From contig NW_003314269.1 in NCBI RefSeq assembly GCF_000143415.4, positions 3,155,060 to 3,219,059 on the forward strand: a DNA stretch of 64,000 nt, given 5' to 3'. The DNA is from Selaginella moellendorffii (taxonomy: Eukaryota; Plantae; Lycopodiophyta). Below, one piece after another: positions 22,372 to 37,243 of this stretch. The position numbers were made by a program, and so were the translations under genes. The notes under the pieces were generated by a model, which ran no database searches, had not been told where the DNA came from, and worked only from the letters and a program-made list of their open reading frames with translations. Position 1 is the stretch's first letter. Every line of letters begins with the position of its first letter.

Positions 22372-25300
22372 AAAACTCTTTATCATCTGATAATATTACC
22401 ACTTCTATTAGCACAAATGTTAGCAATATTAATGCCTCAATAATACACCTTCTCTATCCAACAAGTTACTTCAGTATCAAGGTATAATAAAATGAATGTT
22501 ATAGTTTTTTTCAAAACACATTGTGTAAACTTTCTAGGAACCAAGGTACTAACACTAGCTTAGCATATAATAAGTCACATCAAGAACCCTAGTTGAAGCT
22601 ACTATAATGTTACTACTTGCAAGTAGACTAACATCATCATCAATAACTTTGGGATTGATCATTGTTTGAATAAGTAACTTCACAAACACATTACCCATAA
22701 TTACAAGGATATGATACAAGAATCATAATACTTGATCATCAATCAAATAATACCATATCATCACCAAAAAAGTTTATGCTAGTATCTAGTGCCAACTCAA
22801 ACGGCAAAATACAATATAAATCGCATATCCCACTAATAGAGATTTATAATACATAGCACTATCAACTATTCAAGGAGTAATATCAAGATTCCCTAGAAAA
22901 GAATTGATCATTATAACCTAAGCCTTCTGATGGTAAACCTAAGTAAAATGATTTAGTGTTTCACCACTTTCTAATCCATAGCATGCCACTTATAAGACCA
23001 TTATAATAAATATGCATAAAAAAAGGACTTTCAATTGCATGCTGTGAACACGAGCAATAAGATCAAGATTTATGTATTTGATCTTTCATCCTTGATAATT
23101 ATTTTTTCAATCTTAACTTGACTAACCTTAGACTTGCATTTTCACTGTCTTTAGTCCAATCTAGAAAAAGTTTATAAAAAAGCATGACATTAACTCTTGA
23201 ACCAATAGATTAATCTCTACAATTTTGATTGATCCACTCATTAATCATGTCTAGGAAAAATCCATTATTGTCATATTAAATAGTTATATACTAGTTTATT
23301 TTCCACCCATTGCAAGCCTAGAAGAAATTTACTTTTACCCACAGTAATATGGTTGTCACTTATGGTGACCATTGATAGGCTAACATTAATTTTGCCAACT
23401 CAAAATATGTGTGTCACTTATGAGCCTAAGCATAAGCTTGTGCAATATGGTACATGTCAAATCCATCTTATGAGCCCAAAATGAAAGCTCATACAATATG
23501 GTATAAATAGTATGTGCCAAAATCCATAACCAAGGACACATACAAAGCCACAATAACCAAAGATGTACCCACTAGGATTATCACTTTTATTTTTGCATAT
23601 GCAACAAGACTAGTTGGCTAATCTCAGTAAATAGTACTCACTAAGACTAATCTTTTAATACTAAAAGTAACAAACATGGTTTTGACTCTTTACCTTATTG
23701 TGAATTACCAAGTTAGTTGGACCATAGTAGTTAAATTTGCCAATTATATGGGATATAGAGATTATCTTGAAAAAGATGGTGTTATTCCCACACTTGAATT
23801 CACAATCTAATGCAATTTATATTTAGTAAGTTTTGAGTTTATCCCATCTCCCAAGACTACATTAAAAGCCTAAAGTGAGCTTTCATATAAAAGATTGTGT
23901 ATGTGTGTTTTATGGGGTTTCCAAATGTATAGTAGGCATACTAGGTGACTATTGTAGCATGACTATTGTAGCAGAAGAGGTAGAGCACGGCTTTGCAATG
24001 GAAATACCTAGAGTTTTAAGAGATGGTGTTTTAGAGGGTAATGAAGGAGTCCACTAGCAACTAACAGATTTTATCATTGAAAGGACATGGAATGTGACTT
24101 ATGGTCATAGCAATGCCTAATGCCATAATTGATTTCTATCTAGCCAAAAGCAATCCAATTGCAATGGTAGAGGTAAACACTTGTGATTTCCTGAAACACC
24201 ATGGTGTTGGCCAAGAATCTTTTTGATTGTTGCCAGATACATTGCTAGTGGGATTTTGGTTGATGCTATTGAGGTCTTGCTACAGCATGACAAAGTCTCC
24301 TTCACCACAGATTGTTGCAAAGATTGTCTATTTGTCATGGTGATGATGGCTGGTCAAACATATAGGTTCCTCTTTCTATTTTTTTTTTATTCTTATAGTT
24401 TGAACTTCAACTTGGCATTGTCAACTAGATCTATCTTATGGAAGGCCAAAGGATTGGATAAATACATGCAAGGATTGTTGAATGAAGCCATAATGAAGCC
24501 TCTTTGGAAAACTAAAGGTACCTTAATATTATTCATGTTTGGTTTCAATGTTTAGAGATTATTTGTGAAGCAATAGTGGACGACTCACCACATTTTGTTT
24601 TCTTAAACAGAGTAGACTGTAACTTGAGAAAGAGTGGATCAGACAATCCATAAGCAATGCATTTCTTTCTCAAAGAATCTCAAAAAGCTCTAGTCTCATC
24701 TCTGCATGAGTCTTGGAGATGAAGATGTAGTCTCTTAGTAAAATTTCATATAATTCTGGCCATACATTGGAATCTTCCTCTAGATTTTTACACCATATGA
24801 ACGTGGTCAACATGAAATTGTGAAGAGAAAAAACAATGTCTCTTGGCAGCATTTCATACAATTTTAGCCCCACATTGGAATCTACCTCTAGATTTTTGTG
24901 GTGGGAAGGAGAAGAAGACAATGAGATGCATCTTATGCAAAGCTGAAATCTATAAGGTAGTAATCTTAACATTTAAATAAATAGGTATAACACTTACTCT
25001 TTTGTACTTACATGTTTTGAATGTACAGGATATTTGTAATGTGAAGATGGACTGATGTGGAGGGACAATGTTCTTTTACTCAACCAAGACCAAGATACTT
25101 TTTATTTCTAGGACTAAACCAAAGTTAGTAGGTTATAGTGCTATCACTATCAAGATACATATATTAGCACTAGGCAGATTTGGCACTCTCAAAGGAAGAT
25201 AGTGCACCTTCAGTGGAAGGTAATATTCCAAATGGCACTGACCCTAGGTCCTAGGAAAGATGAACAATAAATAGATCAATCTAGTTTCCAGTCTTTATAA

Positions 25301-26793
25301 ATTCTCCAATGATATCCATGATTTCAAGCTGCAATGCTTCAATCTACTGATATGGGTATAGTTTGGAAAACAGGTCTAGTGATTGGTCTCGATATGCAAT
25401 AATTAAGTTTGCAGTTTCTCCTGATGTTATATAGGTTCTACATGTTCACAACATAAGTATATTGTAAACTTCTACAGTGTAGATGTTTCTTCTCAACATT
25501 GATCCTGAACCACATTTTGAGGGGGAGAAAAAAGGAGGGAGATTGTAGCTTTGGTTTACAAGAATGGTAATATATTTCTTTCTTAGGTCACATATTGGAG
25601 TTTCAATATCATATTGGATGGTGAATACTAACTATAAATGATAAACAATCTACAACTGTGTATGTTATTTTAATTCACTAATGCAGTGAATTTTTGGTGT
25701 AACATGCAATGCTCTAGAGGGAAGCTAAGGAAACACAATATGTTTTGAACTACAAATAACCCTGAACGACAACACAATTGATCACCAATCCAGTATATCA
25801 TGGGAAGAATGAATATAGGAAGATCTCAACTATTGATGGGCATTGTGCTCATGGCAGTGATGCACAGGGAGTACGAATCTGAAGATAGGGGCAATTTGTC
25901 ATATTCCTCTTTGGATTAAGCAGAAGAGCTTATTCCTTGATCATTCTATGGAGCTGATAAGTCATGATCACATACTAATATGTGCTGGGCTAACTTGATT
26001 AGTCATGAGTTTGAAGTGCTCCATGCTTAGAGTCCCAGCTACTTACACAACTCTTTGCAAAAGTTACTTAGTTTGTGAATACTTTTTCACGATTTTAGCA
26101 TTGCACCTTTCACCATTAATGAGATAAGAGAACTTTTTAGACATAGTAGTTTACCACATGCTAGGAATCATACCAACCCAAGTGGAGTAGGTGATATACA
26201 ATCTAATCTCTAGGATGGATCAGATCAAGGGGGAGTTTTAAGGTGCCAAGGACACAGGAATCTATAGTAGGAATCTAGGAGAGATTAAAGAAGATGAATA
26301 AGGCTATATATAACAAATAGTTAATAGTAGCTTTTTTCATTCTATTAGTAAGAGAATAGAGGAAGTAGGAAGAAGGTGGGTGCTCTCAAAGCTTGTGGTG
26401 GCCAGGCACTTCTAGGTATAGTGACAAAGAGTCTCACAAAAAATAAAGAGTTTTGAAGACAGCTTTTAAGGTGGTGTGTGCTATTTGTTTTACTAAATCC
26501 AAGACTTGTTGAGGTAAGTAAGAAGCTATGAATGGGTTGACCATGGAGATTAAAATGAAGGTAGGATCTGGTTGCATGGTATAGCCATTTTGGTGGCATA
26601 GGCAGCCTTATTGATTCTAGAGTGTTTTGTTTTGTAATATATAAATATATTTTCAAATAATGTTGACCTAGCAATACTATGTGAATTATTAAAACAAAAA
26701 TTATTTGATAAACCTACCATTAAATAAAAAAGACATGCTGTTTTAGTATTAATACCATATGAACATAGAGAGTATGGTTTAAAAGAAATTAAT

Positions 26794-29700
26794 AGTGAGT
26801 GCATGGAATATGGAAAGAGAATACAGAAAATATGCATATAAATTAGCCCAAAAACCCTAGCTTATATACAGAAACAAGTGGTTCAGATTGAAATCAATCT
26901 ATAGCTACCAAAATTCCATTACACTAATATTAGTATATAGCATTGTAGTTATACACTTGGACCTCATATCATCCCCTCATTTCAGAATGATGGAAAATTG
27001 TCAAAGTTCTCTCGTAAATGGGTTGGGATTTGGAAGAACATTAGAAAGAGGCATCGGTGGATTTGTAGGTGGTATCAGTTATTCATGATCCCTTTGTACC
27101 AAGTATTTTAGCCATTGCATATGCACAATTTCTAAAGAATCGGCCTGTTGGACATTATGTTGAACCTCATAAACTTGTGATCAAACTTGCCACAACACCT
27201 AATACGATCTTTTCCACTGAACAAAAGAGATGATAAATAACCATCCTAAATTGAATGCTGAAAGTTCACGTACTTCGTGATTATCCCTTTGAAGGTTTGA
27301 ATGAGCCATTCCACTAAATTGTCTAACTATGAATGATAAACACTCATGGAAGTGTGGCATATCCCTAACCAAGATGTCAAAACATGAAATGCCTTAGCCA
27401 TAAATGTAGGACAATTATCCGAAAGAATCTGCTATGAACAGGAATGCTGGAACACCACTCAATTAAAGAGGAAGTATCCAACAATAATTGCAGGTGCACT
27501 AGCAAAAGCACCAACTTCCATCTAATGAGTCAAATAGTTAGAAGCAATAATGACATACTCATTGTTAACAAATGATCATGGAAAATGTCCTATAAAATCA
27601 AATGCCACCAACTCAAATGAACAGGAAATTACAATTGACTTTAACCATCCTTCTATAACACAAGGGGGAGTATTACGAGCTTGGCACCAAATGTAGCTAC
27701 GCACATACTAGATAACATCATGTTGCATCTTTAGCCAATAGAAAGATTTGTGCAACTTTTCGGTCACATGACAATATCCCATATACCCACTTAGAATAGG
27801 AGAATCATGGTATGCTTGGAGAAAGCATAGAAGAAAGATTGAAGGTAGCACCAGTTAAATGATTATTAGGATCCATCCCCACAAAATAAAGAAGATTATT
27901 TTTAAAGTGATATTGAGAATGTAAATGCTAAAATGGCAAGTCATCAACAAGTGATGCAAAATTTTCAAACCTATTGCAAAGCCTTTGAATCTATAACTCA
28001 ATCTTTTGAGCTTTGCGAACCTTATCAAGAGAAGGTAAATCTTGCTTTACACCTTATAGACACTGAATGTCAAGTATAACAACCACCGATGGCATAAAAT
28101 CCTTGTTAAAAAAATCTATAAATGATAGAATAACAAGCTTATAAAAAACCTGAGAAGAAAGTGAAGAAAGAAGAAAAGCTCAAGAAACAACATTAGCATC
28201 AACCATAAAACTCTTCGGGCGATGAACCACATCAAAATCATATATATAAAGCTTTAAAGCCCACTAAGCAGTATGATCAACTAAGTTCTTCCACTTTAAT
28301 AATGAAGTAGCTATAGCATGATCACTTTTTAATAACGTTTGAGAACCACATACATATGCATGAAGTTTCTTGAAACCCCAAACTATTGCTAAACACTCCT
28401 TCTCTGTTGTGGAATAATTCATTTTGGCAAGTTGCAATATATAGTTGATATATGCAATAAGATGGTGCTAATTAGGCACACTTGGACTCTCTTGCATTAA
28501 CACACCTCTCAGGCCAATATTAGAAGCATCCATGTGTAAAATAAAAGGTCAAATATAGTCAGGATACGCTAAAACTAGAGGAGCTGTCAATAGCTTTTTG
28601 AGATTTTTAAATGCCCACTCACAGTTTACAGACCAAATGAAAGATGATGTTGACAACTTCAACAATGCTTACAACGGTGCAGTATGATAAAAAAGATGAT
28701 CAACAAAATGACTGAGATACTGCATCTTGCTCAAGAAGTGTTGTACATCATTCACACATTTTAAAGTAAGGAACTTTAGAATAGCGACAAGTTTGTCATG
28801 ATCAACTTGCAAACCCTCACGAGAAATATGGTACCTAAGATAAATTGTGTCATTGGACCCAAACATGCACTTCAACCATTTTATCTTTAAATTAACTTCC
28901 CATAGCCAATCTAACACTTTATAAATATTATGGATATGTTCTTCCCACATTCCCTCTAAGTGGATTAAGACATCATTGATGACGTTAGTGATCACCTTCA
29001 GTATATCGCAAAGAACCTCATCTATTATCCACTAAAATGTTGCTAAAACATTGTTCAAATCAAATGGCATCACCAAGAACTCATATAAACCAAATGGTGT
29101 ATGAAAACTAATCTTAGAAATATCCTTTTCGGCCATCAGTACTTGTCAGTACCTAAAAGCAAGATTTAACTTGGCAAAGCAACGACTTCTCCCTAGACGA
29201 TCCAAGAGATCAGTAGTGTGAGGAAAAAGGTACATATCCAGGATTGTCACTTTGTTTAACAAATGATAGTTGATGCAAAAATGAATACTCCTATCAAGCT
29301 TTATCACAAAATGAGGTTCACATACTGAAGGACTCTGTGACTTCTAAATAACACCTTTTTCCAACATTTTCTTGATCTCTTTGGATAATTGTCAACGAAC
29401 AAAAACTTTGATTGGAAAAGCTTCCCCAATTAGAATACGATGATGTGTTGCAATTTTGGCCCCAAACAATAAGTCAAATTCAAAGAGATTGGCATACTCC
29501 TTCATGAGTCGATCAACCACTGCAACATAAAAACTGTCGGAGGGATTAGAAAAGGGAGAGCAGAATAAGACAGAAATATAAAAAGAAGTAGTAGGGGGAT
29601 AAAAGTAATGGAAGTAAAGGTAGAAGCAAAGGGACGAAGAGGTATAAAAGTGAGAGTAATAGATGAAATGTAAAGAAGTATGAGATAAGGAGGAGAAACC

Positions 29701-31313
29701 TCAAAGTTATACATAGCATGATTACACCGCAACCAATTCATACCAAAGATAAGGTCAAAAACTTGATTTGGTACTATCTACAATGACTGCAATTCAAGCT
29801 CGAGATCGCCCATATGCACAACCAAGTCTGCCTCATCCCATGCATGTGTATATATGGCTATTGCTATAAAGAATGAAAGCTGACTTTACCACATGATGCA
29901 AATGTAGACGGAAACATGTGGCAACAGGCCAAGCAATAAAAGATAAACTCAAATCTGTATCAACCAATATGGCGAGAATAATAGGAGACTTTTTGCTATA
30001 AAAGAAAGAAAGGTGAAAGGGTCACTAATTTATTCTTGCAAGGTCCTTCTGCTACTTGTGTAACTCCTTGTTTCTTGGAAGCATCTTAGTGTCTAAATTT
30101 TCCACTGCAGCAACACTAATAGGACGTTGTGAATGCCAAGGTCTCCACCCAGAAAATAAAAGTCACTACTCTAGAAAACGTCAATAATGCCAATAAGTGT
30201 GACCAACTTCATCATATGCCCAATAGTAGACATCACAGCCATGACCACGTCCTTGCTTTTGTCCTTGAACTTGAGTAGTAATAGCATCAACCTCCATTAG
30301 AATAGGACTATCTGCCACAACAAGTGGAGCTAAAGAATATATAACAAGAAGTGGAAGGGCGAATATCTCATAATGTTATGCCAAGAAAAAAACATCATCA
30401 AGGGTGGATGGAGCAAGTGCATGCATAAATCCTACAAAATTTTTACGAAGTGCTGGCCACAATATTCCTAGCTTGATCTGTTTTGACATATTTGGCTCAA
30501 CACGAAGTAAGAGGCTTTCAAAAACAAATGCTAAATTGCATCACTGACTCAGATGGTTTTTGACGAGATGATGCAATTGTTAGAAAGCATCATTACAATC
30601 ATTAATATGTTCAAATGCATATTTGAAGATGTCCTTGAGAATACTCCAATCCTCATGAGTGGTTGTGCTCAAACCATTGTACCACTACAATGTTGTCCCA
30701 TGGACACACGTAGGAAACTCACGCAAACATTAAGCATCATCACAAAAATGATATGTGGCAATCAACATAAAGTGATCAAACCAATAGTACATATCATCTC
30801 TAGGATTCTCATGGAAGAACTCCAACTCGATGCAAAGATTGATACCAAGAGCAAGAGGAACTGTACCATGCGTCGTGAATATTACTATCAATTGAGTTTG
30901 ATTGTTTAATTACTATCGTATAGCATCAAGCAATTGCACCAATTGCTGCTCCAAAGTCAAAGGAGGAAAAAACTAGTACTCTATCATGAAAATGAATAAA
31001 AAGAAACAAGAAAAAGAGAAGTTAGAAAAAGCTAGAAGGAAAGGGAGATCTCGACAATACAAAGCTAGATCTAAAAAAAAAATCCCAAATTCTAACACTT
31101 TTTAGAGACAATCAAATTTGCCCCTCATTTCCACCAATGTAAGTGTATGGAATATAGAAAGAGCATATAGAAAATGTGCATATCAATTAGCCCAAAAACC
31201 CTAGTTTATATATAGGAGTGAAAGGTCTAGATTGAAACTAATCCAACGGCTACAAAAATCCCACTATGTTAATATTAGTACATGGCATTATAGCTGTACA
31301 GTTGGACCTCACA
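26794..31313 (-). mobile_element. Old decayed copy of gypsy family C
   Basis: LTRs about 26794-26968 and 31138-31313; PBS (CCACCA on +, 31131-31136); PPT; internal region collinear with 32625-37275, with heavy transitions and a deletion in the integrase. Confidence 0.9.
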
Positions 31314-31348
31314 ACTTAATTTATAATTAATAATATAAATAATAAAAT

Positions 31349-31351
<3 letters not shown>

Positions 31352-31398
<47 letters not shown>

Positions 31399-31523
31399 AT
31401 ATGTATGTATATATGTATATATATATGTATATATGTATATATATATGTATATATGTATATATATATGTATATATGTATATATATATATGTATATATGTAT
31501 ATATGTATATATATATGTATATA

Positions 31524-31618
<95 letters not shown>

Positions 31619-31734
31619 ATATGTATATATATATATGTATATATGTATATATATATATGTATATATGTATATATATATGTATATATATGTATATATATAT
31701 GTATATATATATATATATAGACACACACACACAC
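31352..31734. repeat. Compound (TA)n/(TATATG)n microsatellite ending in (CA)n
   Basis: Directly visible. Confidence 0.98.
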
Positions 31735-31789
31735 TAGCAAACATAGTTTTAAAATAAAATATTGGATGATATAAAATTATATATTATTT

Positions 31790-32446
31790 TATTTTTATGC
31801 TTAAATAAGAGTAATGCAAGTTTATCAGTGTTTATTTGAAGATATATTTTCTAATATGGAAACAAGATTAAAAATAAAGAAATAATTAGTTTTAAAGGTT
31901 TATATAATATCTAAACAAATCATATATAGTTATTTTTCTTAATTATCATTTTCATCAGGAAAATAATTTTCTGTAAATTCCATGTAGTAAGAATTGTCTT
32001 TTTACTAGTAGTATTACTCCTATTTATTAATCAAATTTATCAAATAGAAGTTTATAATTATAAACATATTTATAGTTTTTAAACACAAGATTAATCTTAT
32101 TGCATAGCAACAATCAAATGCTAGAATAAACTAGAATATACCAGAAAATGTTTAGGATCATTTATAAATTATATCACCATAAGCTCTATTGTCATACTTC
32201 AATTAAATTAATGCAATGCTTATTTAGAGATATATTTTCTAAGAACAGAAACAAGATTAAAACTTATATTATATTATATTTAAAGATATTTATTATACCA
32301 TATTATATAATTATTGTTCTCAATTATCAGTTTTGTCTGGAAAATAATTTGCTGCATTACAGCAACACTTGGTTTACTTTACAGTAGCACTATTCCCTTT
32401 ATTAATCCAATTAATTAAATGAAATATTTTAATTATAAGCTTGCTT
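31790..32446 (+). repeat. AT-rich repeat family, two tandem ~0.4-kb units; the second continues at 37450-37560 beyond the gypsy insertion
   Basis: GATATATTTTCTAA..GAAACAAGATTAAAA and AGTAG..TATT..CCT.TTTATTAATC recur; also at about 46212-46340 and 48020-48200. Confidence 0.65.
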
Positions 32447-32856
32447 TGTGAGGGCCAAGTGTACGGCTACGATGCCGTATACTAATATTAGCGTAGTAGG
32501 ATTTTGGTAGCCGTCGGATTGGTTTCAATCCGGACCACTCGCTCTTGTATATAAATAAGCTAGGGTTTTTGGGCTAATTGATATGCATATTTCTGTATTC
32601 CCTTTTATATTCCATGCACTCACATTGGTGGAGGTGAGGGGCACCTTTAATTGTCCCTGGGGAGTGCTTGGATTTGGGATTTCGGTTTAGATCTAGCTTT
32701 TGCATTGTGTAGATCTAGCTTTTTCCATTTCCTTTCTTTTATTCTTTCCTTTCAGGATTTTGGTTTAGATCTAGCTTTTTGCATTGTCTAGATCTACCAT
32801 TTCTTTCAGCTTTTTGTCATTTCTTTTCTTTTGCTCTTTCTTTTTCATTCATCTTC

Positions 32857-33768
32857 ATGGCTTCGCAATCTCCTCCTTTGACTCTAGAGCAGCAGTTGCT
32901 TGATGCTATGCGCTTGCAATTGAACAACCAAACTCAGTTGATGGCGGCACATGGTACAACTCCTCCTGCTCTTGGTGCCAATCCTCGCGTTCGGCCAGAG
33001 TTCTTTCGTGGGAATCCTGGGGATGATGTATACCATTGGTTCGATCATTTCACGGTGATTGCCACATATCATTCTTGGGATGATGCTCGACATTTGCGTG
33101 AGTTCCCCACATGTCTCCAAGGGACGGCACTGCAGTGGTACAATGGATTGAGCGCAGTCACTCGTGGCGATTGGAGTGTTCTTCCGAACGTCTTCAAATG
33201 CGCTTTCGGACATGCCGACGATTGTGATGATGCCTTCCAACAATTGCATCGTCTTCGCCAAGGGCCATTTGAGTCGGTGATGTAATTTGGCGTTCGTTTC
33301 TGAAGTCTTTTGCTTTGTGCGGAGCCAAATATGTCGGAGCGGATCAAGCTAGGAATGTTGTGGCCAACACTTCGTCAAGATCTTGTCGGACTTGTGTATG
33401 CACTTGCTCCTGCCACTCTTGACAATGCTCTTCGCTTGGCACAACGTTATGAGACATCGCATTTTCCACTTCTTGCTACACATCCTTCAGCTCCACTTCC
33501 TATGAGTGATGGTCTTGTTCCCATGGAGGTTGATGCTGCTGCTACTCGAGTCCAAGGACACGGGCGAGGACGTGGTCGTGGCCGTGATGTTCGTTGCTGG
33601 GCGTGTGATGAAGTTGATCATACTTATCGGCGTTGTCGGCGCTTTCCGGATTGGCGACCTCCATTTCCTAGATGGAGACCTTGGCGTCAGCAACGTCCCG
33701 TTGGTGCTGCTGCGGTGGAAGGTTTGGATACTGAGGTGCATTTGGGAAACGAGGAATCGCACGAGTAA
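32857..33768 (+). pseudogene. Family C gag (two premature stops)
   Basis: MASQSPP..PEFFRGNPGDDVYHW..LQGTALQWY..LRQG; VPMEVDA; zinc knuckle CWACDEVDHTYRRC; stops at 33283 and 33301. Confidence 0.9.
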
Positions 33769-33818
33769 TGGAGGGATCTTGCGCGAATAAGTTAAACCCT
33801 AAACCCTAAACCCTCCAT
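33744..33818 (+). promoter_or_regulatory. -1 programmed ribosomal frameshift signal (slippery heptamer plus H-type pseudoknot)
   Basis: G_GGA_AAC in phase with gag; 6-nt spacer; stem 1 TCGCACGAG/CTTGCGCGA; loop ATGGAGGG pairs with CCCTCCAT at 33811-33818. Confidence 0.75.
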
Positions 33819-36800
33819 CTTTCTTTCGGGAGTATTATCAAGGGGTTCACTCGGCACCGGTTCATCCAGTGTTTACTTTCCAAGCTCATTTTTATAACAA
33901 GAGGTCTCCTATTCTTCTCTCCGTGTTGGTTGATATAGGTTTGAGTTTATCTTCTATTGCTTGACCTGTTGCCACACGTTGTCGTCTACACTTGCGTCGT
34001 GCGGCGGATCCAGTTTTCATTCTTTATGGCAATGGCCGTACACATGCATGTGCACGAGATGATGCAGACCTGGTTATGCGTGTGGGCGATCTCGAGCTTG
34101 AGTTGCAGTCGTTGCGAGTGGTGCCGAGTCAAGCTTTTGACCTCATTCTTGGTATGGATTGGTTGCAGCGCAATCATGCCAAGTGTGACTTTGAGGCTTC
34201 TCCCCCTTGTCTCATACTTCCTTATGTTTCATCCATTCCTCTCACTTCCGTACCTCTTCGTCCCTCTACTTTTACCTCTGCTTCCATTACTTTTGTTCCC
34301 CCACTATTTCCTCTTGTGTTTCCATCTTGTTCTGCTCTTCCCTTTTCCGATCCCTCCGATGATCTTTGTGTTGCAGCTGTTGACCAGCTCATGAAGGAGT
34401 ATTCTGATCTCTTTGAATTTGACCTATCATCTGGGGCCAAGATTGCCACATGTCATCCCATTCCAACCGGGGATGCTCGTCCAATCAAGGTTCCTGTTCG
34501 TCGTCGGTCACCCAAGGAGATCAAGATTTTATGTGCAAACGTCAAGGAGATGTTGGAGAAGGGTGTTATTCGGAAGTCGTGGAGTCCTTGGGCATGTGAA
34601 CCTCATCTTGTGACGAAGCTTGATGGGAGTATTCGTTTTTGCATCGACTATTGTCCGTTAAATGAAGTGACGATCCCGAACGTGTACCCTCTTCCTCACA
34701 CTGCTGATTTCTTGGATCGTCTGGGGCGAAGTCGTTGGTTCACCAAGCTAGATCTTGCTTCTGGGTATTGGCAAGTACCGATGGCCGAAGAAGATATTCC
34801 TAAGACTGCTTTTCGTACACCATTTGGTTTGTACGAGTTCTTGGTGATGCCGTTTGGTTTGAACAATGCTCTAGCAACTTTTCAGCGGATGATGGACGAG
34901 GTTCTTTGCGATATGCCGGAGGTGATGGCTGACTTCATTGATGATGTCTTGATCCACTCGGAGGGGACGTGGGAGGAGCACGTTCGTGATGTTTGTAAAG
35001 TGTTGGATCAGCTACGCGACGTTGGTTTAAAGCTGAAGCGGTCAAAGTGCGTGTTTGGGTCCAAGGACACAACTTATCTTAGGTACCGTATTTCTCGTGA
35101 GGGTTTGCAAGTTGATCCTGATAAACTTGTGGCTGTTCTAAAGTTCCCTACTCCAAAGTGTGTGAATGATGTGCAGCATTTTTTGGGTAAGGTGCAGTAT
35201 CTCGGTCGTTTTGTGGATCATCTTTTCGACCGCACTACACCATTGCGAGCGTTGCTGAAGTCATCAACGCCATCTTTCATCTAGTCTCCGGATTGTGAGC
35301 GGGCGTTCGTGAATCTCAAAGAGCTATTGACGACTCCTCCGGTTTTGGCATATCCTGACTACACTCGACCTTTTATTTTGCGCGTGGATACTTCTGACAT
35401 TGGTCTTGGAGGTGTGTTGATGCAAGAGAGCTCGAGTGTGCCTGGTCAACGCCATCCCATTGCATACATAAGCCGTACATTACAACCAGCGGAGATGAAC
35501 TACTCTACGACGGAGAAGGAGTGTTTAGCAGCAGTCTGGGGTTTCGAGAAACTTCATGCATATCTACATGGTTCTCGGACGTTACTTGAAGGTGACCATG
35601 CTGCTGTTACTTCATTATTGAAGCGGAAGAACCTGGTTGGTCGTACGGCTCGATGGGTTTTGAAGCTTCAGATATATGATTTCGATATTGTTCATCGCCC
35701 AGGGAGTTCTATGGCTGATGCTGATGCCCTTTCTCGAGCTCCTCTTCCTTCTCCACTCACTTCTCATGTTTCTGATGAACCTGTTGTTCCAGCATCTGTG
35801 GATTTTCTAGATGAGGATTCTGTGCCGTCGGCAGTTGCTGTCCTTGACGTTCAGTGTCCACAGGGCGCAGAGCAAGATCTACCTTCTCTTGATGAGGTTC
35901 GCGAGGCTCAAAAGATTGAGCCGTGGATTCGAAGGCTTCGAGATGGGTTTGAGAATTCTGCATCACTTGCTGATGATTTGCCTTTCTGGCATTTACATTC
36001 TCAATATCGCCTTGAAGATGGCCTTCTTTATTTTGTGGGGACGGATCTTGATGATCATTTACGGCTGGTGGTGCCTTCGGTGTTTATTCCGCGGTTTCTC
36101 CATGCCTACCATGATTCTCCTATTCTAGGTGGGCATATGGGACACCGTCGTGTCACCGAGAAGTTGCGCAGGTCTTTCTATTGGCCAGAGATGCGACATG
36201 ATATTATCTGGTATGTGCGTAGCTGCGTTTGGTGCCAAGCTCATAATACTCCCCCTTGTGCTGTAGAAGGACGGTTGGAGTCAATTGAAGTTTCCCGTCC
36301 ATTTGAGTTGGTGGCGTTTGATCTTATGGGACCTTTTCCACGATCGACCACTGGCAATGAGTATGTTATTATTGCTTCTGACTACTTGACTTGCTGGGTG
36401 GAAGTTGGTGCTCTTGCTAGTGCCTCTGCAACTGCTGTTGGATACTTCCTCTTCAATCGAGTGGTGTTCCAGCATTCTTGTCCAGAGCGGATTCTTTCGG
36501 ATAATGGTCCTGCATTTATGGCTGAGGTATTTCATGTTTTGACATCTCAGCTGGGGATACGCCACACTTTTATGAGTGCTTATCATCCACAATCAGACGG
36601 TCTGGTGGAACAGCTCGTTCGGACATTCAAAGAGATGATTGCGAAGTATGTGAACTTTCAGCATTCGGATTGGGATGGTTATTTGCCGTCTCTTCGGTAT
36701 GCCTATGTCACAGGGGTGCAGAGTTCTGTTGGTGCTTCACCATATAAACTTTTATATGGTCATGATCCAATATTACCAACAGAGCTGGGTTTACCTTCGC

Positions 36801-37243
36801 AATTGTCACGAGCTCCTGATGCTAGGTCATGGGATCAATATTTGACAAACATTCTTCCACTTGTCTGAGCAGAGTCTGCTGAACACTTAGGCCGCGTACA
36901 AGTGGGACAACAACGGCGCTACAATTCCCATTATCATCCACCTACGGAGTACAAAGTGGATGATTTGGTGTTAGTCCGTTTTCCCCATCTTACGGTACAT
37001 GGTTTATCTAAGGGGCTCCTTGCGCAGTGGAAAGGACCGTATCGGGTGTTGCAGCAAGTTGGACCACAAGTTTATGAGGTTTGGCATTACGTTCAGCAAG
37101 CCGATCCTCCGGAGATTGTGCATGTGCAGCGGTTAAAACGCTTCATACAAAGGGATCAGGAGCAGTTAATACCGTCTACAGATCCGCCGATGCCTCCTCC
37201 TGACGTTCCTCCAGATCTCGGCCCATCTACAAGAGAACCCTGA
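33812..37243 (+). pseudogene. Family C pol (PR-RT-RNaseH-INT), single frame with three premature stops
   Basis: VLVDIG (protease), LILGMDWL, RFCIDY, FTKLDLASGYWQV, MPFGL, FIDD, VDTSDIGLGG, YSTTEKECLA, HH-CC, DLMGP, SDNG, HPQSDGLVE, WKGPY; stops at 33962, 35282, 36866; no chromodomain. Confidence 0.95.

Noticed and set aside
23875-26400. Possible decayed gene or DNA-transposon transposase (intron-like boundaries, Cys/His clusters, ~100-bp tandem repeat at 24715-24900)
   Set aside because: No motif I can assign with confidence; needs BLASTX/HMM search
31275-31757. YI/IY-rich ORFs
   Set aside because: Microsatellite translation artefacts
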